Source: an uncultured Chloroflexia bacterium (GTDB lineage: Bacteria; Chloroflexota; Limnocylindria; Limnocylindrales; CSP1-4). Taken from it: a stretch of DNA of 64,000 bases. The stretch spans positions 928,001 to 992,000 of the forward strand of contig CAWEYL010000001.1 of assembly GCA_963813335.1 (NCBI GenBank). Reading direction: 5' to 3'. The position numbers and the translations under genes are program-made. Each line of letters starts with the position of its first letter. The stretch's first letter is position 1. Shown piece after piece: positions 30,410 through 40,009 of this stretch. Under the pieces are notes generated by a model. It was given only the letters and a program-made list of their open reading frames with translations, searched no databases and was not told the origin of the DNA.

Positions 30410-31473
30410 TGGTCGGCCCCGAATCCCGCCGCGGAGGCATTCCCGGCGATCCCGGCGCGCCGCCGCGCGATCCACGTGCGGCTCCGGCCAGCCGTCTCGT
30501 ACGCCTGGCGGCCGAGCGGGTCCAGCACGAGGTCCCACGCCCCGATGTAGCGGACCTCGCGGCCGCCGAACCCGGTCTTGAAGTGGGCGATACCGCCGGT
30601 CGCGAGGCCCCACAGGTCGTAGCTGGTCGCGCCCTGCTCGCGGGACGAGCGGATCGCCTCCCATTTGAGGAGGTAGTTCGCCCGCGACTCGCCGCCGGCC
30701 ACGGTCATGCCGCCGTACGGCTCCACGACCCGCGGGCCGCAGCGGACCAGGAAGAGCGTGGCCTGCGGCTCGCCCTCGGCGGTCTGGGCGAAGAGCAGCC
30801 GTGCCCGGCCGGCCGGCCGGTACGCCGTCCAGATGTCGCGGTAGGCGCTCTCGCTCCGGATCAGGAAGCCGGCCCGGTCGGCGGTCTCGCGGTAGATCCG
30901 GTAGAACTCGCCCAGGCGGTCGCCCTCGGCGTCGACGACCACGATCCCGGCGCCACGGGCCTTGTTGACGTACTGGCGCCACTTCTTGCGCAGGTCGCCG
31001 AGCAGGGTCGCCTCGTCGGCGTGGAGGTCGATGATCCGGGTCGACGCCGGCTGGATCGGCGCCGCCGGCCGCCAGCCGGCGGCCCGGAGCGCGGCCTGGG
31101 TCGCGCCGTCCGGGTCGAGCGGTCCCTCCGCCTCGATCTCCGGGTCGATGCGCAGGTGGCTCACCCGGGCGCCGGGGATCCCGCGCAGCGACGTCCGGGC
31201 AGCCTCCGTGAATGCCCCGAGTGCATCCGCCGACCAGTCGGTCGCCACGGGGCCGCGCGGCGCATAGGCGAACGACCATGGCATCGGCCGCGGCTTGCGG
31301 AGCAGCACCTGGGCGCCGACGCGTCCGTGGCCCCCGTCGGCCGCCACGCGGTGCGCTGTCCAGCCGTTGACGGCCTTCACGGTCGCCCAGGCCGCGAGCT
31401 GGAGGTACGAGCCCGGGTCACTCGACGCGACGAACGCGTCCCATGCCTCGTCCTCGGCGGCGCTCCCCGTCAC
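30406..31473 (-). CDS. FemABX-family peptidoglycan bridge peptidyltransferase (copy 1)
   Basis: YLQ..W..VK, YAPRGPV, LRIDP, KWRQYVNKA, YLLKWEAI, YDLWG, HFKTGFGG. Confidence 0.9.
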   Translation of the reverse strand: MTGSAAEDEAWDAFVASSDPGSYLQLAAWATVKAVNGWTAHRVAADGGHGRVGAQVLLRKPRPMPWSFAYAPRGPVATDWSADALGAFTEAARTSLRGIPGARVSHLRIDPEIEAEGPLDPDGATQAALRAAGWRPAAPIQPASTRIIDLHADEATLLGDLRKKWRQYVNKARGAGIVVVDAEGDRLGEFYRIYRETADRAGFLIRSESAYRDIWTAYRPAGRARLLFAQTAEGEPQATLFLVRCGPRVVEPYGGMTVAGGESRANYLLKWEAIRSSREQGATSYDLWGLATGGIAHFKTGFGGREVRYIGAWDLVLDPLGRQAYETAGRSRTWIARRRAGIAGNASAAGFGADQ

Positions 31474-33042
31474 GACCGTCGCGGGCGTCGCAGGACGTCG
31501 ACCATGACCCCGACGATAGACGGCAGTTCGGGGATCCGCAACACGAGCGAGACCCCAGCGTAGACCGCGGCGAAGACGACGCTCACGACGGCGATCTGGA
31601 CGATGAGCGCGATCCGGCCCGGCGACACCCCGAGCAGGTTCTGCATGACGGTCAGCGCCCCGATCCCGAAGGCGCTCGAGACGGCGGTCGCGGCCAGCGA
31701 CTCGATCCCGATGCCCGCCAGGCCGATGGCGCGGAAGTGTGGCAGCCGGCGGTCGAGGATCACGAGCAGCACGAGCGCCTCCAGCCAGGCGGCGATGGCG
31801 ATCGCCAGTGCGATGCCCGGCAGGCCGTACGGCCCGACGAGGACGATCGCCAGCGAGGTGTTGACGATGACCGCCCCGATCGCGGCGAGGACCGGCGTCA
31901 GCGTGTCCTGGCGGGCGTAGAAGGCGCGGGCGAGCACGGCGATCAGCGCGTGGGCGGCCAGGCCGACCAGGAAGCACAGCAATGTGTCCGCGGTCAGGGT
32001 CAGCGCCGCCTGGCCGTAGCGGTTCACGTCGAAGAGCAGGGCCACGCTCTGGACGCGCAGGATGGCCGCCAGGGCGCCGATCGGGACCATCACGTAGATG
32101 AGCAGGCGCAGCGCCCGGTCGAGCAGCGACGCGTACTCGGGCTCGCGGCCGACCGCCGCCTCGCGCGACAGCGACGGGAAGACGACGACCCCGAGCGGGA
32201 CCCCGATCACCCCGATGCGGGATCTGGAGCAGCGTGAACGCGACGTTGAAGGCCGTCACGGCGCCGACGCCGAGGTTCGTCGCGAGCGAGGTGACCACCA
32301 CGAACGTGATCTGGGTGGCGCCGAGGCCGATCGCCCGGGGCGCCATGAGGGTCAGCGCCTTGCGCGCCTGGGCGTCGCCGAGGTCGATCCGCGGCTCGAA
32401 GCGGAAGCCGAGCCGGGCGACCGGGCGGACCTGGACGAGCAGATGCGACAACGAGCCGAGGACGACCCCGACGGCCACTCCCGCGACACCGTAGGTCGGG
32501 GCCAGGATCAGCGCGGCCCCGATGATGGCGAGGTTGTAGACGATCGGCGCCAGCGCGGCGGCCGAGAACCGGCCCCCGGCGTTGAGGACGCTGGTCGCCA
32601 CCGCGCCGAGCGCGAGGAACATCGGGCTCAGCAGCATGATCCGGGTCAGCTCGACGGTGAGTGCCTGGTTGGCCTCGCTGAAGCCTGGGGTGATCGCGGG
32701 TACGAGCCAGGGTGCCGCCACGAAGACGATCCCGCCGAGCACGAACAGCCCGATGAGCATCAGGTTGATGACCGTCGATACGACCTTCCAGGCGCGCTCG
32801 GTGGCCCCGTTGGCCATGAGGCCGGACACGATCGGGATCAGCGCCGAGGAGAGCGCTCCGGCGGCGACCAGCTGGAAGATCAGGTCGGGGATGCGGAACG
32901 CGGCGAAGAAGGCGTCGAGGTCCGGGGTGACGCCGACTGCGTTGACGATCACGACCGTTCGGACCCAGCCGAGCAGCCGTGCCGCCAGGAACGCACCGGA
33001 CACGATCAGGCCCGCGCGGGCCAGCGCGCGGCCCGAGGTCAC
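31470..33042 (-). CDS. murJ: Lipid II flippase MurJ, interrupted by a single-base insertion near 32217
   Basis: RLLGWVR, DAFFAAFRIPD, GALSSALIP, PIVYNL, then (other frame) GVIGVPLG..FPSLS, RAFYARQDT.TP. Confidence 0.9.
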
Positions 33043-34034
33043 GGTCGTGGGTCGCGACGCGCCCGGGGGTGCGCCTCCCGATAGGCCGTGCGCAGCCGCG
33101 TCGGCGAGACGTGGGTGTAGATCTGGGTCGTGGCGAGGCTCTCGTGGCCGAGCAGCTCCTGGACGACCCGCAGGTCCGCCCCGCCTTCGAGGAGGTGCGT
33201 GGCGAAGGAGTGGCGCAGCGTATGGGGGGAGACGCCGACCGGGAGGCCCGCCTGCCGGCACAGCCGGTCGAGCCGGTAGCGCAGCCCGCGGACGCCGAGC
33301 GGGGCGCCGTGGTGGTTCAGGAAGACCTGGGCGGGCGGCGGCGCATCCTGCCGGGCGGCGCCACGCTGCGCGAGCAGGACCGGCCGACCGTCGGCGAGGT
33401 ATGCCTCGAGCGCCTCCAGGGCCGGCCGTCCGAGCAGCCCGATGCGCTCCTTGCGACCCTTGCCGAGCACGCGGACCTCGCCCCGGCGCAGGTCCAGTGC
33501 GCCCAGGTCGGCGGCGGCCAGCTCGCTGATGCGCAGCCCCGCGGCATACGCCGTCTCCACGATCGCCCGGTCACGCCAGGCGAGGGCGCTCAGCAGCGCT
33601 CGTCGCGCCGGGTTCCCGGCAGCCGCGGCCGCGGCCTGCTGGGCCGAGACGGCCCCGAGGAGCGCGTCGATCTCCTCGATCTCGAGCACCCGCGGCAGGC
33701 GGCCCGGCAGCCGCGGCGTGGCGATGGCCCCCCACGGGTCGCCGGGTGCCAGCCCGTCGCGCGCGGCCCAGCGGTGGAACGAGCGGATCGCGGCCAGGCG
33801 CTGGGCCACGGACGAGCGCGCCCGCCCTGCCCCGAGGACCGCGAGATAGGCGCGCAGGTCGGCCCGCGACGGCGCCCGCCAGTCGGTGCCGCGCTCGGCC
33901 AGCCACTCGAGGTAGGCGCCGATCGCGGTCGCGTAGGAGCGACGGGTGTGGGGCGAGGCGTCGCGCGCCGCGAGGGTCCGAAGGAAGCGGTCGAGAGCCG
34001 GGCTGGTCGCAGGGTCGAGTGCGACCCCGCTCAC
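33039..34034 (-). CDS. xerC: Chromosomal tyrosine recombinase XerC-like
   Basis: SPHTRRSY, LPRVL, RDRAIVE..Y..GLRISEL, GKGRKER, HTLRHSFATHLL, LLGH....TTQIY; downstream of topA. Confidence 0.9.
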   Translation of the reverse strand: MSGVALDPATSPALDRFLRTLAARDASPHTRRSYATAIGAYLEWLAERGTDWRAPSRADLRAYLAVLGAGRARSSVAQRLAAIRSFHRWAARDGLAPGDPWGAIATPRLPGRLPRVLEIEEIDALLGAVSAQQAAAAAAGNPARRALLSALAWRDRAIVETAYAAGLRISELAAADLGALDLRRGEVRVLGKGRKERIGLLGRPALEALEAYLADGRPVLLAQRGAARQDAPPPAQVFLNHHGAPLGVRGLRYRLDRLCRQAGLPVGVSPHTLRHSFATHLLEGGADLRVVQELLGHESLATTQIYTHVSPTRLRTAYREAHPRARRDPRP

Positions 34035-36473
34035 GCGTCCGCGGCCGGTTCGGCGGGTCGCGTCCGTCGGGCCGTCGACCGCGTGCCCGAGCGGGCCGGA
34101 CCGCGGCCACGGCCCCCGCCCTTGGCCGACCCACCGGCCGCGGACGGTCGCCGACCACGAGCCGGGCGGGCGATCGCCTCGGGATTCGCCGGTCCGCCCG
34201 CGTAGCGCTGGCCCGGGACGATCGAGTCCGGCGTCGCCTCGATGGCCGACCCGCACAGGAGGCAGATGGCCGCCTCGCCCTTGCGTGCCGATCGGGCCGT
34301 CGTCGGTGTCGTGCAGGCCGCCGAGCGGCTCGTCGTTCGAGGTGTAGTCGCAGCGCGGGTAGTTGGAGCATCCCCAGAAGACGTTCCCGGTGCGCCGGGC
34401 GCGACGCGGGACGAGGTGGCCGTCCTTGTTCCTCGGGCAGACGACCTCGAACGGCAGCGGGTCCGGCGGCGGCGGCCCGTCCTTCTTGATGTACTTGCAG
34501 TCCGGGTAGCGCGAGCAGCCGAGGAACGGTCCGAACCGGCCGCGCTTGCCGACCAGCGTCCCCTCGCCACACTCGGGGCAGACCTCGCCCGTCCCCTCCT
34601 GGGGCGGCGGCTCCTCACCGGGCAGCGGCCGGCTCTCCTTGTGCTCCGGGAACATCGAGCAGGCCAGGAATCGGCCGTTCCGGCCCAGCCGGATCACCAT
34701 CGGATGGCCTTCGGAGCAGACCTCGTCGGTCTCCTCGGTCGTGAAGTCGCGGCGCTTGAGCTCGCGACGCTTCTCGTCGACCCGGTCCCGGAGCGGCCCG
34801 TAGAAGGCGCGCAGGAGGGGCACCCATGCCCGCTCGCCGCGGGCGACCTCGTCGAGCTCCTCCTCCATCCGGGCGGTGAACCGGACATCGACGTAGTCGC
34901 CGAAGTGCTCGACGAGGAGGTCGGTCACCACCTCGGCCACGGGCTCCGGGTGCAGCCGTCGCTCCTCGACCCGGACGTAGCCGCGATCGACGATCGTGGA
35001 GATCGTGGCCGCGTACGTCGACGGCCGGCCGATGCCGTGTTCCTCGAGGGCCTTGATCAGGGTCGCCTCGGTGAAGCGCGGCGGCGGCTCCGTGAAGTGC
35101 TGCGTCGGGCTGACGCCGTCGACATCGGTGCGGTCGCCGTCGGCCAGGGCCGGCAGGCGGGCCTCCTGGTCGTCGTCCTCGCCGTCGTCGTCCCGACCCT
35201 CGGTGTAGACGCGCGAGAAACCGTCGAACAGCGTCCGCGTCGCCGACGCGCGCAGCTCGTACGGGCCGTCGGCGAGCTCGACCGAGGTCGTCTCGAGGTC
35301 CTTGGCCGCCATCTGCGAGGCGATCGCGCGCTGCCAGATGAGGCGGTAGAGCCGGAGCTCGTCGGCCTTGAGATGGGCCGCCACCGAATCGGGGTCGCGC
35401 CGGAAGCTGGTCGGGCGGATCGACTCGTGCGCCTCCTGGGCGCCCTTCGTCTTCGTCTTGTAGACGCGGCCCTTGGGCATCGTGTACGGCTCGCCGTAGC
35501 GCTCCGCGATGACCTCGCGCGCCTCGCCCATCGCCACCCCGGCGATCGCGGTGGAGTCGGTCCGCATGTAGGTGATCAGGCCGACCTGGCCGTCACCCGT
35601 GTCGATCCCCTCGTACAGGCGCTGCGCGACCGACATCGTCCGCTTGGGGCTGAAGCCCAGCCGCCGGCTGGCCTCCTGCTGCAGGGTCGAGGTGGTGAAC
35701 GGCGGCGCGGGCGAGCGCTTCTGGGTCCGGACCCCGACCTTGGTCACGACCGGATGGGCCGCCTCGAGGGCGGTCACGTGGGCGGCGGCGGCCGCCTCGT
35801 CCGCGATCTCGAGCGCCTGGCCGTCGATCCGGACGAGCTCCGCGGCGAAGCGCTCCCCCGCGGCCGTCCGCAGGATGGCCTCGATCGTCCAGTACTCGCG
35901 GGCGCTGAAGGCGCTGATCTCGCGCTCCCGCTCGACCACGAGGCGAACGGCGACGGACTGGACCCGCCCGGCCGACAGGCCGCCGCGGACCTTGCGCGAG
36001 AGGAGCGGGCTGAGCGTGTACCCCACCAGCCGGTCGACGATCCGCCGTGCCTGCTGGGCGTCGACGAGGTTCTGGTCGATCTGGCGCGGGTTCGCGAACG
36101 CCTCGAGGATCGCCGACTCGGTGATCTCGCTGAACGTCACCCGATGGGTCTTCCCGGCCGGGACGTGGGCCGCCTCGGCGACATGCCAGGCGATGGCCTC
36201 ACCCTCGCGGTCGAGGTCGGTGGCGAGGTAGACGGCGTCCGCGCCGCGGGCGGACTTCTCGATATCGCTGACCTGCTTGCGCCGGTCGTCCGAGATGACG
36301 TACTCGGGCTCGAAGTCGTGGTCGACATCGACGCCGAACTTGCCCTTGCCGGGGTTCTCCGGCAGGTCGCGCACGTGGCCATAGGAGGCGAGGACCCGGT
36401 AGTCGGGACCCAGATAGCGTTCGATCGTCCTCGCCTTGGCGGGCGATTCGACGATCACGAGGTTCTTTGGCAC
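34031..36473 (-). CDS. topA: DNA topoisomerase I, single-base insertion near 34290 close to the C-terminus
   Basis: LVIVESPAKA, ATDLDREGEAIAWH, SAGRVQS, LITYMRTDS, QEAHE.IRP, GIGRPSTYA, Zn-ribbon repeats. Confidence 0.96.
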
Positions 36474-36570
36474 GGCCGGGAGTGTAGCACCGGGTCCTGC
36501 ACGCGCCTGTGACGGCGAAGCCGCCGCACGTGCGCGCGCGCCATGCCGGACGCCGCGGCGGATCCGCGGG

Positions 36571-36918
36571 TCAGACCTCGCGGATGCGCCGCAGGAAGTC
36601 CTCGTCGATCTCGATGTCGGCGCCGTCGTCCGGCCCACCCAGCGCGGCGGGGACGACGATCTCGCCGTGGACCCCGGTGGCGACCGGCATCGGCCGATCG
36701 CCTGCCGCGAGCGACGCCGGCATGATCTCGAGGAAGCGGACGTTGAGATACGGGAAGAAGAAGACCGAGTGCATGTCATCGACGAAGACAGGCCGCTTGC
36801 CATTCATCTGCCGCATGTTGGTGCAGCGGATCGTGGCATCGCCCGGGGTCGGCATCTCGAACAGGTCCACGAGCAGCGGCTGCTCGCCGTTGATATGGAG
36901 CACGACGTTGTGGATCAC
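36571..36918 (-). CDS. Hypothetical cytoplasmic protein (115 aa)
   Basis: Normal protein composition, beta-rich N-domain plus acidic tail; fills the gap between the Ig/CAP gene and topA. Confidence 0.75.
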   Translation of the reverse strand: MIHNVVLHINGEQPLLVDLFEMPTPGDATIRCTNMRQMNGKRPVFVDDMHSVFFFPYLNVRFLEIMPASLAAGDRPMPVATGVHGEIVVPAALGGPDDGADIEIDEDFLRRIREV

Positions 36919-36969
36919 CGCCCCATCCTGCGGGGGCGACCCCGTCGTGTCAGCCGGACTTTGGTCCGG

Positions 36970-38643
36970 TCAGGGGTGGTAGAAGTCGATCACCAGGCGG
37001 ACCCGCCCGCCCGAGACCCAGACGCCGATCCCGACGCGGTCGTACTTCGAGTTCATCAGGTTGACGTAGTGGCCGCCGTTGGTCGACTTCTCGTTCTGGA
37101 AGAAGAGATGCGAGCCCAGGACGGCCGCCCGTGGGTTCCCGGAACGGCAGCCGAGGTTCTCGGCCCAGGTGTAGTTCGTGTAGCCGGCGGCCGACAGGCG
37201 GTTGCCCGGGTTGCCGCCGATGAAGTGGCTGCAGTCGCCGCCGACCGCCAGCTTCTTGGCATACGGCCGTGAGACCTTCGAGCTGATGCCGCTGTCGAGC
37301 TTGAGGGGCGCGACGCCCCGACCGCCGGGGCTGCTGCACGAGCCGCTCGAGGTCACCCAGCCGCCGGTCCGCGTGCAGTTCATCAGGCCGAGGTAATAGG
37401 TCTCGACCGAGGCCCACGAGCCGCCGCCGACCGCCCCGCCGCCACCGCCGCCACCGCCGCCCGTGCTGCCGCCGCTGGACCCGCCGCCGCTGGCCCGCTT
37501 CGCGGTCGGCTTGGCCACGGTCCTGAACGTCCCCGTCGCGGCCGCCCCGAGCGGGGCGCCGTCGCGGCTGTGCGCCGTCGCCGCGACGGCCATGACGACC
37601 TTGCTCCCGTACGGCAGGGCCTTGCTCGGCTCGAAGACCAGGACGGTGTCGTCCTCAGCGAACGCGACCTTGCCGGCGACGGGCGCGCTGCCCGCCCGGA
37701 CGCTGAAGGCCGCCGTCGTGGATGCCTCGTCCATCGGTTGCGTGAAGCGGACGGAGAGGGTGGCGCTGCGAACGACGTCCTTGGTGTCGGCCCGTGGCCG
37801 GAACCGGACGACCGCCGGCGAGACGCCCGTCCTGACCGACAGCGTGGCGGCGGGGACCGCGACGCCGTCGGCGTCGAGGACGCCGTCGAGGGTCAGGCGG
37901 TACCTCGTGTTCGGGATCAGCGGCTGGGCCGGGGTGAACGTCCAGGACGCGCCGGCGGTCGATGCGGCGGCGCTGGCGGCCCCGGTCGTGGCGGTCGAGC
38001 CCGTCGGCGCCAGCGTGCCCGGTGTCGCCGGGACGATCGAGAAGGCCGACGCGACCGTGGCGGGATCCACCGCGCGGTCGAAGGTGATGGTGAACGCGCT
38101 CCCGATGCCGATCCGCTTGCCGGCCGGCAGGGTCGCCGCGATCGCGGCCGCCGCGGCGTCGCGGGTCAGGAAGGCGGCCCGCGCCGGGCTGGCCATCGGC
38201 GCGCCGCTGGCGGCGAGGGCACCGGCGTCGACGGTCACGGTGTGATACGTGCCGGCCGCCCAGTGGCTCTTCGGCGAGACGGTCAGGACCGTCCCGGCGG
38301 GGTCCCAGGCGAGCGTGACGGGCGTCGCCGGGGTGACCGAGAGGGCGGAGCTGACCGAGGCCTCGTCCATCGGCACGCTGAACTCGATCGTGACCGGCTC
38401 GGCGAGATCGCGGCCAGTGGCGAGGACCGTCCGGAACGCCGCGGCCGGGAGCGGGACGTCGGCGAGCGGGGCCGTGGCGGCCGCCGGGATCGGACGGCCG
38501 ACGACGATGACGCCGAGCGCCACCACCATGCCGAGACCCACCGTGGACCCGATCCGGACCAGGGGCGAGCGACGCAGGGCGGTGCTCACATAGAGGACCG
38601 ACAGGATCGGGACGGCCAGCAGCGCGATGGCCAGCTTGCGCAA
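36970..38643 (-). CDS. Membrane-anchored protein with three bacterial Ig-like (Big_5-type) repeats and a C-terminal CAP/SCP domain
   Basis: Three repeats (IEFSVPMD, ITFDRAVD, VRFTQPMD), Gly-rich linker, CAP motifs AENLG and GHYVNLMNSKYDRVGIG; TTG start after GGAG. Confidence 0.8.
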   Translation of the reverse strand: MRKLAIALLAVPILSVLYVSTALRRSPLVRIGSTVGLGMVVALGVIVVGRPIPAAATAPLADVPLPAAAFRTVLATGRDLAEPVTIEFSVPMDEASVSSALSVTPATPVTLAWDPAGTVLTVSPKSHWAAGTYHTVTVDAGALAASGAPMASPARAAFLTRDAAAAAIAATLPAGKRIGIGSAFTITFDRAVDPATVASAFSIVPATPGTLAPTGSTATTGAASAAASTAGASWTFTPAQPLIPNTRYRLTLDGVLDADGVAVPAATLSVRTGVSPAVVRFRPRADTKDVVRSATLSVRFTQPMDEASTTAAFSVRAGSAPVAGKVAFAEDDTVLVFEPSKALPYGSKVVMAVAATAHSRDGAPLGAAATGTFRTVAKPTAKRASGGGSSGGSTGGGGGGGGGAVGGGSWASVETYYLGLMNCTRTGGWVTSSGSCSSPGGRGVAPLKLDSGISSKVSRPYAKKLAVGGDCSHFIGGNPGNRLSAAGYTNYTWAENLGCRSGNPRAAVLGSHLFFQNEKSTNGGHYVNLMNSKYDRVGIGVWVSGGRVRLVIDFYHP

Positions 38644-38769
38644 TAGACGACGCTCCAGGCTGGGGCGTGGGGCGATGCACCGTGGGGGCGCGTTGCCGGT
38701 CGGATTGGGGTCACGACCGAGGGGAGCGTAGCACCGGTCGTGCGAGACCGGCAACCGTCGGGCGGCTCG

Positions 38770-40008
38770 TCAGCGGTGTCGGCGGTGACGCGGCTGGGCC
38801 AGCGCGAGCGTGCCGACCGGTCGGAACCGCCCCACGACGCCCACCGCCAGACCGTTGCGCTCGAGCACCGTGAGGGTCGCGAGGACCGTCGCGACGGGCC
38901 AGCCGGTCACCGCCACCAGCTCATCGACGGTGGCCCGCCCGGCCACCAGCTCCGCCCCGATCCGGGCCGCCGTCTCGCCCAGGTCGAGCAGTGTCGCCCC
39001 GGCGAGCCGGGTGGCGCCGGCGCCGTTCGGTCGCGTCGCGAGGCCGAGGTCCTCGATGAGCTGCGGGACGCCGGCGACGATCCGTGCGCCACCCGGGAAT
39101 TCGCGCAGGAACGCGAGGCAGCCGGCGTGCGCGGGATCGTCGATCGGACCAGGGGCGAGGAAGCAGTCGCGGCCCTGCTCCAGCGCCCACGACGCGGTGA
39201 TGAGGGCGCCACTGCGAGCCGGGGCCTCGATCACGACCGTCGCGTCCGCGAGGCCGCTGATGATCCGGTTCCGGCGCGGGAACGTCCCGGTCGTCGGCGC
39301 GAGGTCGGGCGCCAGTTCCGAGACGACCGCACCGCCCCCGGCGGTGATCGCCTCGGCGAGCCGGGCGTGGGCCCGCGGGTACAGGCGCCCGTGGCCGCCG
39401 CCGATGACCGCCACCGTGCGACCGCCCGCATCGAGCGTCGCGGCATGCGCGGCGCCGTCGATCCCGATGGCCAGCCCTGAGACCACGCTCGCTCCGGCGG
39501 CCGTAAGGGCCGCGGCGACGCGCGATGCCAGCGCACGACCCGCGTTCGAGGCCCGGCGCGTCCCGACGACGGCGACCGCGTACTCCGGTTCGAGGGCCAT
39601 CGGGTCGCCATCGACGAACAGCAGGTGCGGCGGCAGGTCGATCGCGGCGAGACGCGACGGATAGGCCGGGTCATCGACCGTGACCACCCGCAAGCCCAGC
39701 GCCCGGATCCGCCCCAGCGTGCGGTCGGCATCCTGGGCCGCCCGGACGATCTCCTCGGCGACGTCCGGGGTCAGGGCCCGCCGGCCCGGTGCGCCGTCGG
39801 GGGCCTCCTCCTCCGACGCGGCGACCAGCCTGGCTGTGCCGCCGTCCGAGCCGGCGATCCGCAGGATGTCGCGGCCCGACCCGAGCCGCCGCAGCAGGTT
39901 CGCGAACCCGACCGGCCCCAGGCCGTGCGCGGAGGCCAGGACCGCCCACGCATCGCGTTCGGCGGCATGATCGGGAGCTTCGGGAGGCTCGGCCCCGACC
40001 CCCAGCAC
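38770..40008 (-). CDS. dprA: DNA-processing protein DprA
   Basis: YPSRL..I..PP, AVVGTR, VVSGLAIGIDGAAH, FPRRNRIISGL, SGALITA; C-terminal winged helix. Confidence 0.93.
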   Translation of the reverse strand: MLGVGAEPPEAPDHAAERDAWAVLASAHGLGPVGFANLLRRLGSGRDILRIAGSDGGTARLVAASEEEAPDGAPGRRALTPDVAEEIVRAAQDADRTLGRIRALGLRVVTVDDPAYPSRLAAIDLPPHLLFVDGDPMALEPEYAVAVVGTRRASNAGRALASRVAAALTAAGASVVSGLAIGIDGAAHAATLDAGGRTVAVIGGGHGRLYPRAHARLAEAITAGGGAVVSELAPDLAPTTGTFPRRNRIISGLADATVVIEAPARSGALITASWALEQGRDCFLAPGPIDDPAHAGCLAFLREFPGGARIVAGVPQLIEDLGLATRPNGAGATRLAGATLLDLGETAARIGAELVAGRATVDELVAVTGWPVATVLATLTVLERNGLAVGVVGRFRPVGTLALAQPRHRRHR

Positions 40009-40009
40009 G

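Noticed and set aside
30406-33261. 951-aa MurJ-FemX fusion ORF
   Set aside because: The MurJ C-half is intact in another frame (31470-32210) and the connecting stretch is out-of-frame nonsense
33039-34034. Tyrosine recombinase as a mobile-element integrase
   Set aside because: XerC-like size and motifs, in the usual position after topA; no att sites or cargo
33039-36803. 1254-aa TopA-XerC fusion ORF
   Set aside because: One extra base near 34290 explains it; the natural TopA C-terminus and a GTGA stop/start overlap exist at 34031-34034
37420-37495. GCC/CCG-rich repeats (also 1505-1580)
   Set aside because: They encode Gly-rich and Pro/Thr linkers; not a CRISPR or VNTR. No repeat-spacer array was seen anywhere in the window
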